In this document: positions 30,810 to 39,203 of the stretch, piece by piece
Layout: each line of letters begins with the position of its first letter
How positions within the stretch are numbered: the first letter of the stretch is position 1
Origin: an archaeon
Lineage (GTDB): Archaea; Undinarchaeota; CAZHTU01; JBDRCC01
Length of the DNA stretch: 64,000 bases
Direction: 5' to 3'
Assembly (NCBI GenBank): GCA_043822065.1
Contig: JBDRCC010000001.1
Location: 1 to 64,000, forward strand
Program-made: the position numbers and the translations under genes
Notes under the pieces: generated by a model
What the model saw: only the letters and a program-made list of their open reading frames with translations
What the model was told of the DNA's origin: nothing
The model's database searches: none

Positions 30810-31395
30810 CTGAGATTCCTGCCTTCAGCTTGTCCCCTTTGGAAACTTTTGGCTTAAGCCTTGGAGGGAGGGTGACATCGCACCGCGAGCCGAAGCGTAT
30901 CATGCCGAAGCGCTGGCCTTGCGAGAGCGTATCGTTTTCTGAAACCCAGGTGACAATCCGCCTTGCAAGGATTCCGGCAAAGCGCTCGATTTTTAGGTTC
31001 CCTGATTTTGTTTTGAGGGTTATTGCCTCCCTCTCGTTTTCTGAGGATTTTTTCGAGAATGCCGGGGCAAATGTACCTCTCTGGTAGGATATCTTGAGGA
31101 CCTTTCCATCACAGGGCATGCGGCTTATGTGGACGTTGAACGGCGACAAGAAGACGGATATCCTGTTCTTTGAAACAGAAACGACAGTTCCGTCCGTCGG
31201 CGAGAGCAAGCCAGGGATTTTTTTAATCCTGCGCTCAGGGTCGCGGAAAAAGTAGATTGTAAAACAGAGGAACGCGAAAGAAAGCCAGAATATGTACCTT
31301 GAAATGGCTGTTTGGAATGCGTAATACGCTAAGCCTATGGAGGCAGTTAGCGCAAGGACTGGGATGATGATTACGGAGGAGCCCCTCGCGAGCAT
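30793..31395 (-). CDS. psd: Archaetidylserine/phosphatidylserine decarboxylase proenzyme
   Basis: FFRDPER, SPTDG, FLSPFNVH, self-cleavage motif RFGSR. Confidence 0.9.
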   Translation of the reverse strand: MLARGSSVIIIPVLALTASIGLAYYAFQTAISRYIFWLSFAFLCFTIYFFRDPERRIKKIPGLLSPTDGTVVSVSKNRISVFLSPFNVHISRMPCDGKVLKISYQRGTFAPAFSKKSSENEREAITLKTKSGNLKIERFAGILARRIVTWVSENDTLSQGQRFGMIRFGSRCDVTLPPRLKPKVSKGDKLKAGISVIAGA

Positions 31396-31910
31396 CAGTA
31401 TGGAACCTCCTTGAGCTTGGCAAGGTACGCGAGTATGTTGAAGCTCCTGTGGATGAGGGGGGTTACAAGGATTAGGAAAGCGGCCTGCACCGGGTTCACA
31501 TGTATCCGGATGCTTACAAAGAGAAGTGCGAATATTATAAACATAATCTGGTCAAGGATACTCGCATTTGCGCCTGACGTGAAGCCGAGCCGCCTTTTGA
31601 TGAAGCTGCCGAAGATATCACCAAATATCGTTCCAGACGCGAGCAGGAAGGCTGAGCCGGCTGTAAGCTGGCTTGCGAGAGGATATGCTGCGAGGAACGG
31701 CGCCGATAGGAAGTATGCGGCAGTGCCGCAGAGTATTCCAAGGACTGTGCCGCGGATGGTCTTTCCCTTTCCAAGTATAGGCCTGCCGTCGCGGAATTTT
31801 TTCCCGAAGTCGAGCGGCCTGCCTCCGCCAAAAAGGACGGGGGAGGCGTTAGCAACGTAGGCAGGGATGATAAACAGGAATGCGTCAACGAGCATGGCTT
31901 GGCTAAGCAA
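31395..31910 (-). CDS. carS: CDP-archaeol synthase
   Basis: PAYVANASPV, DGRPILGKGKT, GDIFGSFIKRR, LDQ, LKEVPY. Confidence 0.92.
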   Translation of the reverse strand: MLSQAMLVDAFLFIIPAYVANASPVLFGGGRPLDFGKKFRDGRPILGKGKTIRGTVLGILCGTAAYFLSAPFLAAYPLASQLTAGSAFLLASGTIFGDIFGSFIKRRLGFTSGANASILDQIMFIIFALLFVSIRIHVNPVQAAFLILVTPLIHRSFNILAYLAKLKEVPY

Positions 31911-31965
31911 ATTATTGATTTAAAGGTTTGGGTAAATATTTAATAAGGCTGGGTTTAGTCGTATT

Positions 31966-32667
31966 ATGCCCCTAAACGACTACAGGAAGCAGGCGGACGT
32001 GGTTCTCATGCCGCTTGCAAGGCGATGGATCGACATAAGCCCCAACAAATTCAGCGCCATGTCGATGTTCTGCGCAGTCCTCGCCGGGCTGTGCTTTTAC
32101 CTTGGCGGGTGGCTGCTTGTTGGCGCGGCTGTTTTTGTTTTCCTAAACGCGCTGTTTGACGCCGTTGACGGGAAGATAGCAAGGCTGACAAAGAACACGA
32201 CCCAGAGGGGGGACTTTTTGGACCATATAATCGACAGGTATTCTGACATCGTCATCCTGCTTGGGATAATGTACTCTGCCTACGGGCACGTGGGGCTCGG
32301 AGTGTTCGCGATAATAGGCACCGTAATGACAAGCTACATAGGCACCCAGGCTGAGGCGAGCGGCGGAAAGCGCGAACGGGGAGGCCTGCTAGGGAGGGCG
32401 GACCGGATTGTGATAGTAATGTTCCTGCCGCTGGTGCAGGGAGCCATGCTGATGTACGGTACGCTGGTGCAGGGATTCATGCTGATGTACGGTACGCTGG
32501 TGCCGGGATTCATGCTGATGTACGGCATTGGGCAATTTTACGGGCTTTACCTGACCGGCTGGGTCCTGCTGCTTCTTGCATTAACAGGAAACTACACTGC
32601 GTTCAGGAGGTTCCAGCTGACCTGGTCGCGGATTGGCGGGAAGAAGTATAGGGGGGAAAAACTGTGA
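31966..32667 (+). CDS. CDP-alcohol phosphatidyltransferase (archaetidylinositol-phosphate synthase/PgsA-like)
   Basis: DAVDGKIAR..GDFLDHIIDRYSD signature, GLLGRADR. Confidence 0.88.
   Translation: MPLNDYRKQADVVLMPLARRWIDISPNKFSAMSMFCAVLAGLCFYLGGWLLVGAAVFVFLNALFDAVDGKIARLTKNTTQRGDFLDHIIDRYSDIVILLGIMYSAYGHVGLGVFAIIGTVMTSYIGTQAEASGGKRERGGLLGRADRIVIVMFLPLVQGAMLMYGTLVQGFMLMYGTLVPGFMLMYGIGQFYGLYLTGWVLLLLALTGNYTAFRRFQLTWSRIGGKKYRGEKL
32430..32525 (+). repeat. In-frame 33 bp tandem repeat, about 3 copies
   Basis: Near-identical units (consensus GCTGGTGCAGGGATTCATGCTGATGTACGGTAC) encoding LVQGAMLMYGT/LVQGFMLMYGT/LVPGFMLMYG. Confidence 0.9.
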
Positions 32668-33095
32668 ACGTTGAAGAGGTAATGACCAAGGACGTCGTCG
32701 TCATAACAAAGGGCGCCAGTGTGAAAGACGCAATAGACTCGATTGTCCAGTTCCACGTCGGCTGCGTGCTTGTCATTGAGAACAGCACCGCAATCGGCAT
32801 AGTGACCGAGCGGGACGTCCTCAAGAAGGTCATCTCGCCAGGGAAGGACCCCAACCTCCTAAAGGTGGAGGACATAATGTCCACGCCACTGGTCACGGTT
32901 GAGCCAGACAGCAGCATAGAAGCGGCAGGGGCACTGATGGTCGAGAACAATATCAAGAAGCTGCCCGTAGTAAGAGATGGGGAGCTGGTAGGCATACTGA
33001 CTGCGACGGACATCGTAGCTAACGAGCCGCGACATGTCATTGAGCTTTCCGAGCTGATGCTGAAAAGCGGCGTTGAAGCAGGCGTTGGTGGCTAA
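32664..33095 (+). CDS. CBS domain pair protein
   Basis: VEEVMT, GIVTERD, VEDIMS, KLPVV..LVGILT. Confidence 0.9.
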   Translation: MNVEEVMTKDVVVITKGASVKDAIDSIVQFHVGCVLVIENSTAIGIVTERDVLKKVISPGKDPNLLKVEDIMSTPLVTVEPDSSIEAAGALMVENNIKKLPVVRDGELVGILTATDIVANEPRHVIELSELMLKSGVEAGVGG

Positions 33096-34060
33096 TGGGA
33101 ACCCTAAAACTGAAGGCGACAATGCTTTTGACGTTTTTTCTGGTATTTGGCGTCCTATTTGCGTTCCTGTCTATTGTTTCGCTTTACTTCGGCTTTGGCG
33201 CATACGGGGCGCTTTTCATAAGCCTATTTTTTGTCACGGCGCAATGGTATTTCAGCCCCAAGCTGATAAGATGGTCCACCAAGATGCAGCCGCTCCAAAA
33301 GGGCGAGAACGCCTTTCTTGAGAACGCTGTCGAAGACCTTGCCAGGGAGGCTGGAATCCCGGCGCCGCAGATTGCAATAGTCCCGGACCCGACGCCAAAC
33401 GCGTTTGTCTTCGGAAGGACTGTGAAGAGCTCCATGCTGGCAGTCCACCAGGGGCTTTTGAACACGCTCAGCAAGGATGAGGTCAAGGCAGTGCTCGCCC
33501 ACGAGATAGGGCACCTGAAGCACAGGGACTGCCAGCTGATGACTGTTGTCTCTGCCATTCCGCTGGTGGCATACATGATGTGGAGGAGCACGTTCTTCAC
33601 CAGGCGGCGGAGCAAGGGGGGCGGAGCAATGATTGCGGTGGGGATAGCCTCGCTCCTGGTTTATTTCCTTTCACAGCTTCTTGTCCTTTCCCTGAGCCGG
33701 CTTAGGGAGTATTATGCCGACGCATATTCGGCGAAGGCGACGGGAAAGCCGTCCGACCTCGGAAGCGCACTTACCAAGATAAGCCTCGGGCTTTCAAGGG
33801 CGGAGAAGACCGGGAACTTGAGGGCTTTTTACATAGGGGACCCGATAACCGCAAGGCGGGAAATATCTGCCGTGGCAAACCGCTCAAGCCAGTATGATGT
33901 GAACGGGGACGGAGTCCTGGACGACGCGGAGCTCCAGCGCGCCCTGAAGGAGGAGTCTGCGAGCAGGGGCGCAAGGCTGCTTGAGCTTTTCTCGACCCAT
34001 CCAAGGGTATTCAGGCGCCTGGACGCGCTTAAAAAAATAGAAGGGGAGTTAGCCGCTTAG
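33095..34060 (+). CDS. htpX: HtpX-like zinc metalloprotease (M48)
   Basis: PNAFVFG, AHEIGH, SRLREYYAD, FSTHP. Confidence 0.93.
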   Translation: MGTLKLKATMLLTFFLVFGVLFAFLSIVSLYFGFGAYGALFISLFFVTAQWYFSPKLIRWSTKMQPLQKGENAFLENAVEDLAREAGIPAPQIAIVPDPTPNAFVFGRTVKSSMLAVHQGLLNTLSKDEVKAVLAHEIGHLKHRDCQLMTVVSAIPLVAYMMWRSTFFTRRRSKGGGAMIAVGIASLLVYFLSQLLVLSLSRLREYYADAYSAKATGKPSDLGSALTKISLGLSRAEKTGNLRAFYIGDPITARREISAVANRSSQYDVNGDGVLDDAELQRALKEESASRGARLLELFSTHPRVFRRLDALKKIEGELAA

Positions 34061-34077
34061 GCTAACCCGCTATTTTC

Positions 34078-35418
34078 TTATTTCAGGTGTTTCTCAACAA
34101 ACTCGTCGAGGACCTGCTCGATTGAGGGGTTGCTTATTGACGTAATGTCATAGGATACCCTGACAATCGGCTTGTTGCACTTCACGAGCTTGGCGAGGTC
34201 AATTGGGCTCCCGTCGACAACGACGTCGCATTTGGCGGCGTTTATTGTTGTCTCCAGGTCCTTGAGCTGCTCCTCATTGTACCCCATTGCCGGGACGATT
34301 TCTTTCAGTTGGGGGAACTCCTCGAAGATTGCCTTCATCGTCCCAACCAAATAGGGCGTTGGGTCGATGATTTGAGCCCCGCCTTCCTTGGCGGCGACAT
34401 AGCCCGCGCCGAAGCTCATCCCGCCGTGGGTGAGGGTTGGGCCGTCTTCCACGACGAGAACCTTCTTTCCTTTGATGCTTTGGGGGTCTTCGACGCTCAC
34501 TGTGGAATTCGTCCGTATTATCTTCGCTTGCGGGTTTATCCTCTTGATGTTCCTTTCGACGGTTTTCACGTCCTCCGGCTTGGCGTTGTTCATCTTGTTG
34601 ATGATTACTGCGTCTGCGACGCGCACGTTCACTTCACCGGGGTGGTACTTGATCTCATGGCCGGGCCTGAGCGGGTCTGCGACCACGAATTCCAGGTCAG
34701 GCACGTAGAAAGAAACCTCGTTGTTTCCGCCGTCGAACACTATCACGTCAGCCTCTTTTTCTGCCTGGCGGACGATTTTCTCATAGTCGACGCCTGAGTA
34801 GATTACAAGGCCCTGTTCGATGTAGGGCTCGTACTCTTCCCGCTCCTCGATGGTGCAGTGGTTCTTTTCGAGGTCTGCGTATTCTGCAAACCTCATGACT
34901 TCCTGCTCGACGAGGTCTGCATAGGGCATCGGCTCCCGAATTGCTACGACCTTGAACCCTTTGCCCTTGAGGTAGCGGTAAACCGCCCTGGAGACCTGGC
35001 TCTTTCCGCAGCCGGTCCTGACAGCGGTAACCGCGACTACCGGCTTGGTTGACTTAACCATTGTGTTATTCCTGCTGATTAGGCGGTAATTTGCTCCGGC
35101 GGCGAGTGCTATTGAGCCCTTGTGAACGACTTCCTCGTGGGAAACGTCGGAGTATGCTAAAATGACTTCGTCAATTTTGTTTTTCTTGACAAATTCGCTG
35201 AGCTTTGCCTCCGGAATCATCGGGATGCCGTTCGGGTAAAGCTTCCCTGCCAGCGCGGGCGGGTATTTCCGCTCGGCTTCCTCAATCGTTCCGACGTTCT
35301 GTTCGCCCGCAACGGTGAAGGCTTTCACGTCGTAGTCCTCATTGTCCCTGAAAACGGTGTTGAAGGTGTGGAAGTCCATACCCAGTGCACCGATAATAAC
35401 AACACTAGTCTTTTTCAA
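34078..35418 (-). CDS. Arginine synthetase ArcE-like P-loop protein (cDPGS-related, often annotated GTPase)
   Basis: DFHTFN, LAGKLYP, AVRTGCGKS, CTIEEREEYEP, DGGNN, VEDGPTLTHGGM; adjacent to carbamate kinase and a carbamoyltransferase. Confidence 0.75.
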   Translation of the reverse strand: MKKTSVVIIGALGMDFHTFNTVFRDNEDYDVKAFTVAGEQNVGTIEEAERKYPPALAGKLYPNGIPMIPEAKLSEFVKKNKIDEVILAYSDVSHEEVVHKGSIALAAGANYRLISRNNTMVKSTKPVVAVTAVRTGCGKSQVSRAVYRYLKGKGFKVVAIREPMPYADLVEQEVMRFAEYADLEKNHCTIEEREEYEPYIEQGLVIYSGVDYEKIVRQAEKEADVIVFDGGNNEVSFYVPDLEFVVADPLRPGHEIKYHPGEVNVRVADAVIINKMNNAKPEDVKTVERNIKRINPQAKIIRTNSTVSVEDPQSIKGKKVLVVEDGPTLTHGGMSFGAGYVAAKEGGAQIIDPTPYLVGTMKAIFEEFPQLKEIVPAMGYNEEQLKDLETTINAAKCDVVVDGSPIDLAKLVKCNKPIVRVSYDITSISNPSIEQVLDEFVEKHLK

Positions 35419-35468
35419 TTTGAAACCCCCTTACATTTCATAACTAGAATATAGGGATATGGCTGATG

Positions 35469-36401
35469 TTATTTAAACTTTTCCTTGAAAATCTGAGTTC
35501 CAGCGCTTCCGGAGACTGCAGCCTCGAGGTTGTCTATCGAGGTGATGACCGCACGCTTGCCGCCTGACTCGAGGAATTCTATCGCCGCCTCCACCTTTGG
35601 GCCCATGCTCCCTGGGGGGAAGTGCCCCGCAGCAAGGTATTTTTTCGCCTCTGCGGCGGTCAGGCTGTTCAGCTCGACCTCGGTAGGCTTCCCGTAGTTG
35701 AGCGACACCTTGTCGACGTCGGTCAGGAGAATCATTGCGTCCGCCTTTATCTCCTGCGCAAGCTTTGAGGTCGCAAGGTCCTTGTCAATGACTGCCTCCA
35801 CCCCGCGAATTTTCTCGCCGCGCTCAATCATCGGTATCCCTCCGCCGCCGCAGGCAATGACAATTATGCCCATGCGGACGAGCCGCCTTATCTCCTCGCG
35901 CTCTAATATCCTCAGGGGCTTTGGCGAAGGGACGACGCGCCGGTAGCCCTTGCCGTGGATTGGTATCGTCTGGAAGGGAAGCTTTTCGGCCTCCCCTTTG
36001 GAGTAGTACGGCCCTATCGGCTTTGTCGGGTTCTTGAAGGCGGGGTCGTTTTCGTCGACGACGACGCCGGTGACTATCGTGGCAATCAGCTTGTCGACTT
36101 TCAGCTTGCGGAACTCGTTTTCGAGCGCACGCTCTATGAGATAGCCGAGCAGGCCCTGGCTTTCCGCGACGAGGACTTCAAGCGGCATTTTCGGGACGGC
36201 GTGGGCCGCCTCCTGCTGGAGGAGGAGGTAGCCAATCTGCGGGCCGTTGCCGTGAGTGAGCGCAATGTTGTACTTGGCGGCTAAGTGCGCTATCTGGCGG
36301 CATGGCTCCGAGAGGTTCTTCCTCTGCTCGTCAAACGTGCCCTTCTGTCCGTGCTTTATCAGGGCATTTCCGCCGAGCGCGATAACAATAGTTTCACCCA
36401 T
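35469..36401 (-). CDS. arcC: Carbamate kinase
   Basis: IALGGNAL, THGNGPQIG, GGGGIP, EAVIDKD, GSMGPK; start at MGETIV. Confidence 0.96.
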   Translation of the reverse strand: MGETIVIALGGNALIKHGQKGTFDEQRKNLSEPCRQIAHLAAKYNIALTHGNGPQIGYLLLQQEAAHAVPKMPLEVLVAESQGLLGYLIERALENEFRKLKVDKLIATIVTGVVVDENDPAFKNPTKPIGPYYSKGEAEKLPFQTIPIHGKGYRRVVPSPKPLRILEREEIRRLVRMGIIVIACGGGGIPMIERGEKIRGVEAVIDKDLATSKLAQEIKADAMILLTDVDKVSLNYGKPTEVELNSLTAAEAKKYLAAGHFPPGSMGPKVEAAIEFLESGGKRAVITSIDNLEAAVSGSAGTQIFKEKFK

Positions 36402-36440
36402 GGGAAAATATAAAGCTTCGTTCTTTATTAACCATGCGAA

Positions 36441-37355
36441 ATGGTGCGGCATTTACTTTCTATAAACGACATGACCAAAGAGAGGGTAGAGAAGATACTC
36501 GACAAAGCCTCCGAGCTTAAGGCTGGACGGAAGAGACTTGCAGGCAGGGACGCGCTGCCCGGGAAAAACCTGGCGATGATTTTCGAGCGGGCTTCGACCA
36601 GGACGAGAATAAGCTTTGACCTGGCGATAACCGAGCTCGGCGGGCATGCGATGGAATTGAGCCCGAGCACCCTGGCGATGAGCAAGGGGGAGAGCCTCGA
36701 GGACACTGCGCATGTCATGGAGCGGTTCTACGACGCGATAATGATACGGACCTACAGCCACGAGACGCTGAAGAGGTGGGCGTCGGTCGCAAAAATCCCG
36801 ATAATAAACGGGCTTGACGACGTCGAGCACCCATGCCAGGCGATATGCGACATGCTCACCGTAAGGGAGCACTTTGGCAAGCTGAAGGGGCTGAACTTCG
36901 TCTTCGTTGGGGACTGCGACCAGAACATGGCAACTTCTCTGGCGCTCATTTGCGGCATGATGGGCCTGAACTTCACCGCCGCATGCCCGAAGGAATACCA
37001 GACCAAGGGCTGGGTCCAGAAGCAGATAAAGGGCAAGATAAACTTCAGAATCGAGCACGACCTCAAGAAGGCGGCAAAGGATGCAGATGTGATATACACT
37101 GACATCTGGGTGAACCCAGGCTTCGAGAAGGAGAAGGAAGCGAGGCTGAAAATCCTGAGACCGTACCAGGTGAACGAGGAAGTGGCGAAAAGCGCTCCGG
37201 ACGACTACGTTTTCATGCACTGCCTGCCAGCCAACAGGGGGCAGGAGGTCACGGACGAGGTAATCGACAGCAAGAACTCGATAGTCTTCGAGCAGGCTGA
37301 AAACAGATTGCACGGGCAGAAGGGCATATTGATTGATTTGATTACGGGGCTATAG
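36441..37355 (+). CDS. arcB: Ornithine carbamoyltransferase family enzyme
   Basis: STRT, HPCQ, HCLP, QAENR; the SMG loop is replaced by NPG. Confidence 0.8.
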   Translation: MVRHLLSINDMTKERVEKILDKASELKAGRKRLAGRDALPGKNLAMIFERASTRTRISFDLAITELGGHAMELSPSTLAMSKGESLEDTAHVMERFYDAIMIRTYSHETLKRWASVAKIPIINGLDDVEHPCQAICDMLTVREHFGKLKGLNFVFVGDCDQNMATSLALICGMMGLNFTAACPKEYQTKGWVQKQIKGKINFRIEHDLKKAAKDADVIYTDIWVNPGFEKEKEARLKILRPYQVNEEVAKSAPDDYVFMHCLPANRGQEVTDEVIDSKNSIVFEQAENRLHGQKGILIDLITGL

Positions 37356-37394
37356 AGAAAAGTTTTAAACTGCAGAATTGATTAGTCGGTTTAG

Positions 37395-37504
37395 GCTCCG
37401 GTAGCCTAGTTTGGATAAGGCGTCAACGGAAATTGGAAAAACCCAAATCCGGCGCAAGCCTTCTAAGCTGAAGACCGCGGGTTCAAATCCCGCCCGGAGC
37501 GCCA
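37395..37504 (+). tRNA. tRNA-Arg(TCT) with a 32 nt intron at 37426-37457 (position 29/30) and encoded CCA
   Basis: GCTCCGG/CCGGAGC acceptor; removing 37426-37457 restores TCAGC-CTTCTAA-GCTGA; BHB-like 4 bp helix GCGT/GCGC with CAA and AAG bulges. Confidence 0.9.
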
Positions 37505-37589
37505 CTTTATAGTTCTGAGCGGAGCGAAGACTAAGGTAGTTTTCTTTTTCGTCGACGTTTTTCTTTTTCTAAAAGAAAAAGGCCGTGAG

Positions 37590-37606
37590 AATCCCACCCG
37601 GAGCGC
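37590..37606 (+). repeat. 17 bp duplication (1 mismatch) of the tRNA-Arg(TCT) 3' end
   Basis: AATCCCGCCCGGAGCGC at 37486-37502 versus AATCCCACCCGGAGCGC at 37590-37606. Confidence 0.88.
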
Positions 37607-37611
37607 TTATT

Positions 37612-38292
37612 TTATTCAGAGGCGCCGAATGTGTTTTGAGTATTTTTTGCTGGCGGCTTTTTTTCAGTAGGTGCAGGCTTTGCCTTTTCAGGCTCCTCCT
37701 CGTCCATGCCGCCGAAGCTACCAAAGTCATCTTTTTCCACTGCCCCTGGCAACGGCTCCTCAGTTTTTGGAGCCGGGAGAACCTTGGTCACTATGAACTC
37801 CACGCCGAAATAGAAAATGACGAAGAAAAGCAGGATGCCGACAAGGGTCGGTATCGTGTCTACCGGGCGGATGAGGTAGGGTGAGTAAATGAACGGGGTG
37901 AACACTATCAGGAAGTAGGACACCTCGCGTATTCGCCCTATCGCCTTCGCGACCTCACGCCCCTGGATTGCCATACGCATTATGATTAGCCCGTAGATGA
38001 GCATTGCAACTGCAACGCCGACCTTGAACGCGACGAGGGGAGTTATCCTGGCGATGTTGAGCCGCGAGAACATTGTCCTAATCCAGTCAATCCCTACCCA
38101 CAGGGCAGTAAGCCCGTTTGCGGCGGCGTTGCCCAAGTCGGTCCCCCTCCGCTCCTGGTAGTAGTCGTTGACAATCCAGTTTAGGTATACTGGGATAAGT
38201 ATCCAAAGCATCTCCGGGTTGTCGTATGGGCCGTAAACAAAGACCTTCCAAAGCCCCTGGGGGATGAGAATGAGGAACTCTACAAATTCCAT
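37612..38292 (-). CDS. Hypothetical multi-pass membrane protein
   Basis: About 5 hydrophobic segments and a charged low-complexity C-terminal tail. Confidence 0.65.
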   Translation of the reverse strand: MEFVEFLILIPQGLWKVFVYGPYDNPEMLWILIPVYLNWIVNDYYQERRGTDLGNAAANGLTALWVGIDWIRTMFSRLNIARITPLVAFKVGVAVAMLIYGLIIMRMAIQGREVAKAIGRIREVSYFLIVFTPFIYSPYLIRPVDTIPTLVGILLFFVIFYFGVEFIVTKVLPAPKTEEPLPGAVEKDDFGSFGGMDEEEPEKAKPAPTEKKPPAKNTQNTFGASE

Positions 38293-38337
38293 CGTGCAGG
38301 TAACCGTTTTATACTTAATATTCTTTTCTACCTATAC

Positions 38338-38928
38338 ATGAACTTCATTAAGGCAAGCCTCTCAAAGATGAGGCGGTACAGGAAGATTTCAGCAGTTGAC
38401 GAGATATCCAGGCGCTACTTTGTTATGAACGGCTTCGACGGCGCCCTCGTGACGCTTGGCGTGATAATGGGCTCGTATTTCTCCGGTGTCCATGACGCGT
38501 ATCTCATAATCGGCGCAGTTTTGGGCGGGGCGCTTGCGATGGCGCTCTCTGGGGCATCCGGTGCGTTCTTCACGGAAAGGGCGGAGCGGAGGTTCAAGCT
38601 CAGGAGGATTGAGCGCGCGATGCTCACGAAGCTCAAGGACACCCAGCACGGCAGGGCATCGGTTTTTGCGTACTACTGGACTGCATTCATAAACAGTTCA
38701 TCGTCGGCAGCGGCTTCAGTCATCATACTTATACCAATCATGCTGAACGCAGCGGGCTTAGTCCAGATTTCTACGGCAGTGTACGGCTCCATTGGAATTG
38801 CATTTGCAATGATTTTCGCACTTGGCGTCTACCTTGCCAAGCTATCGAAGGATAATGCAGTCGCACAGGGGCTTAAGATGGTGTTTGTCGGGCTAATCTG
38901 CGCGGGGATTATTCTTCTTTTTGCCTGA
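38338..38928 (+). CDS. VIT1/CCC1 family membrane protein
   Basis: RRYFVMNGFDG..AMALSGASGAFFTERAE. Confidence 0.82.
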   Translation: MNFIKASLSKMRRYRKISAVDEISRRYFVMNGFDGALVTLGVIMGSYFSGVHDAYLIIGAVLGGALAMALSGASGAFFTERAERRFKLRRIERAMLTKLKDTQHGRASVFAYYWTAFINSSSSAAASVIILIPIMLNAAGLVQISTAVYGSIGIAFAMIFALGVYLAKLSKDNAVAQGLKMVFVGLICAGIILLFA

Positions 38929-39193
38929 GAATGCTGTTGTTGAGGCCGATTTCGTACCAGGACCATGCCCAGATTATCGCCTCGAATGAGTTTACGTAAT
39001 CGCCCTTTTCCATGAAGTGCTTGCAGTCGTGGACGTAGGCTAATATGTTTGCCATGAATTCGCCGCCCTTCTCCCCCATCGGCTCGATGCCGGGAAGCAG
39101 GGGCTCGAGCTTGTCAAGCCATTTGAGTATCTCTTCCTTGGTGACCCTGTCCTTTATCTTTGCCCCGGTTTCGCTTTTAAATCCAGCGCCCAT
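38909..39193 (-). CDS. DUF357 family protein
   Basis: AYVHDCKHFMEKGDYVNSFEAIIWAWSW pattern; start uncertain. Confidence 0.78.
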   Translation of the reverse strand: MGAGFKSETGAKIKDRVTKEEILKWLDKLEPLLPGIEPMGEKGGEFMANILAYVHDCKHFMEKGDYVNSFEAIIWAWSWYEIGLNNSILRQKEE

Positions 39194-39203
39194 ATAGGGT
39201 AGT

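Noticed and set aside
32430-32525. CRISPR array
   Set aside because: Units are contiguous with no spacers and lie in frame within a gene; no cas genes in the window.
28624-37606. tRNA 3' duplications as attL/attR of a 9 kb provirus
   Set aside because: Each duplicate pairs with its own tRNA about 100 bp away, the intervening genes are core metabolism, and no integrase is present.
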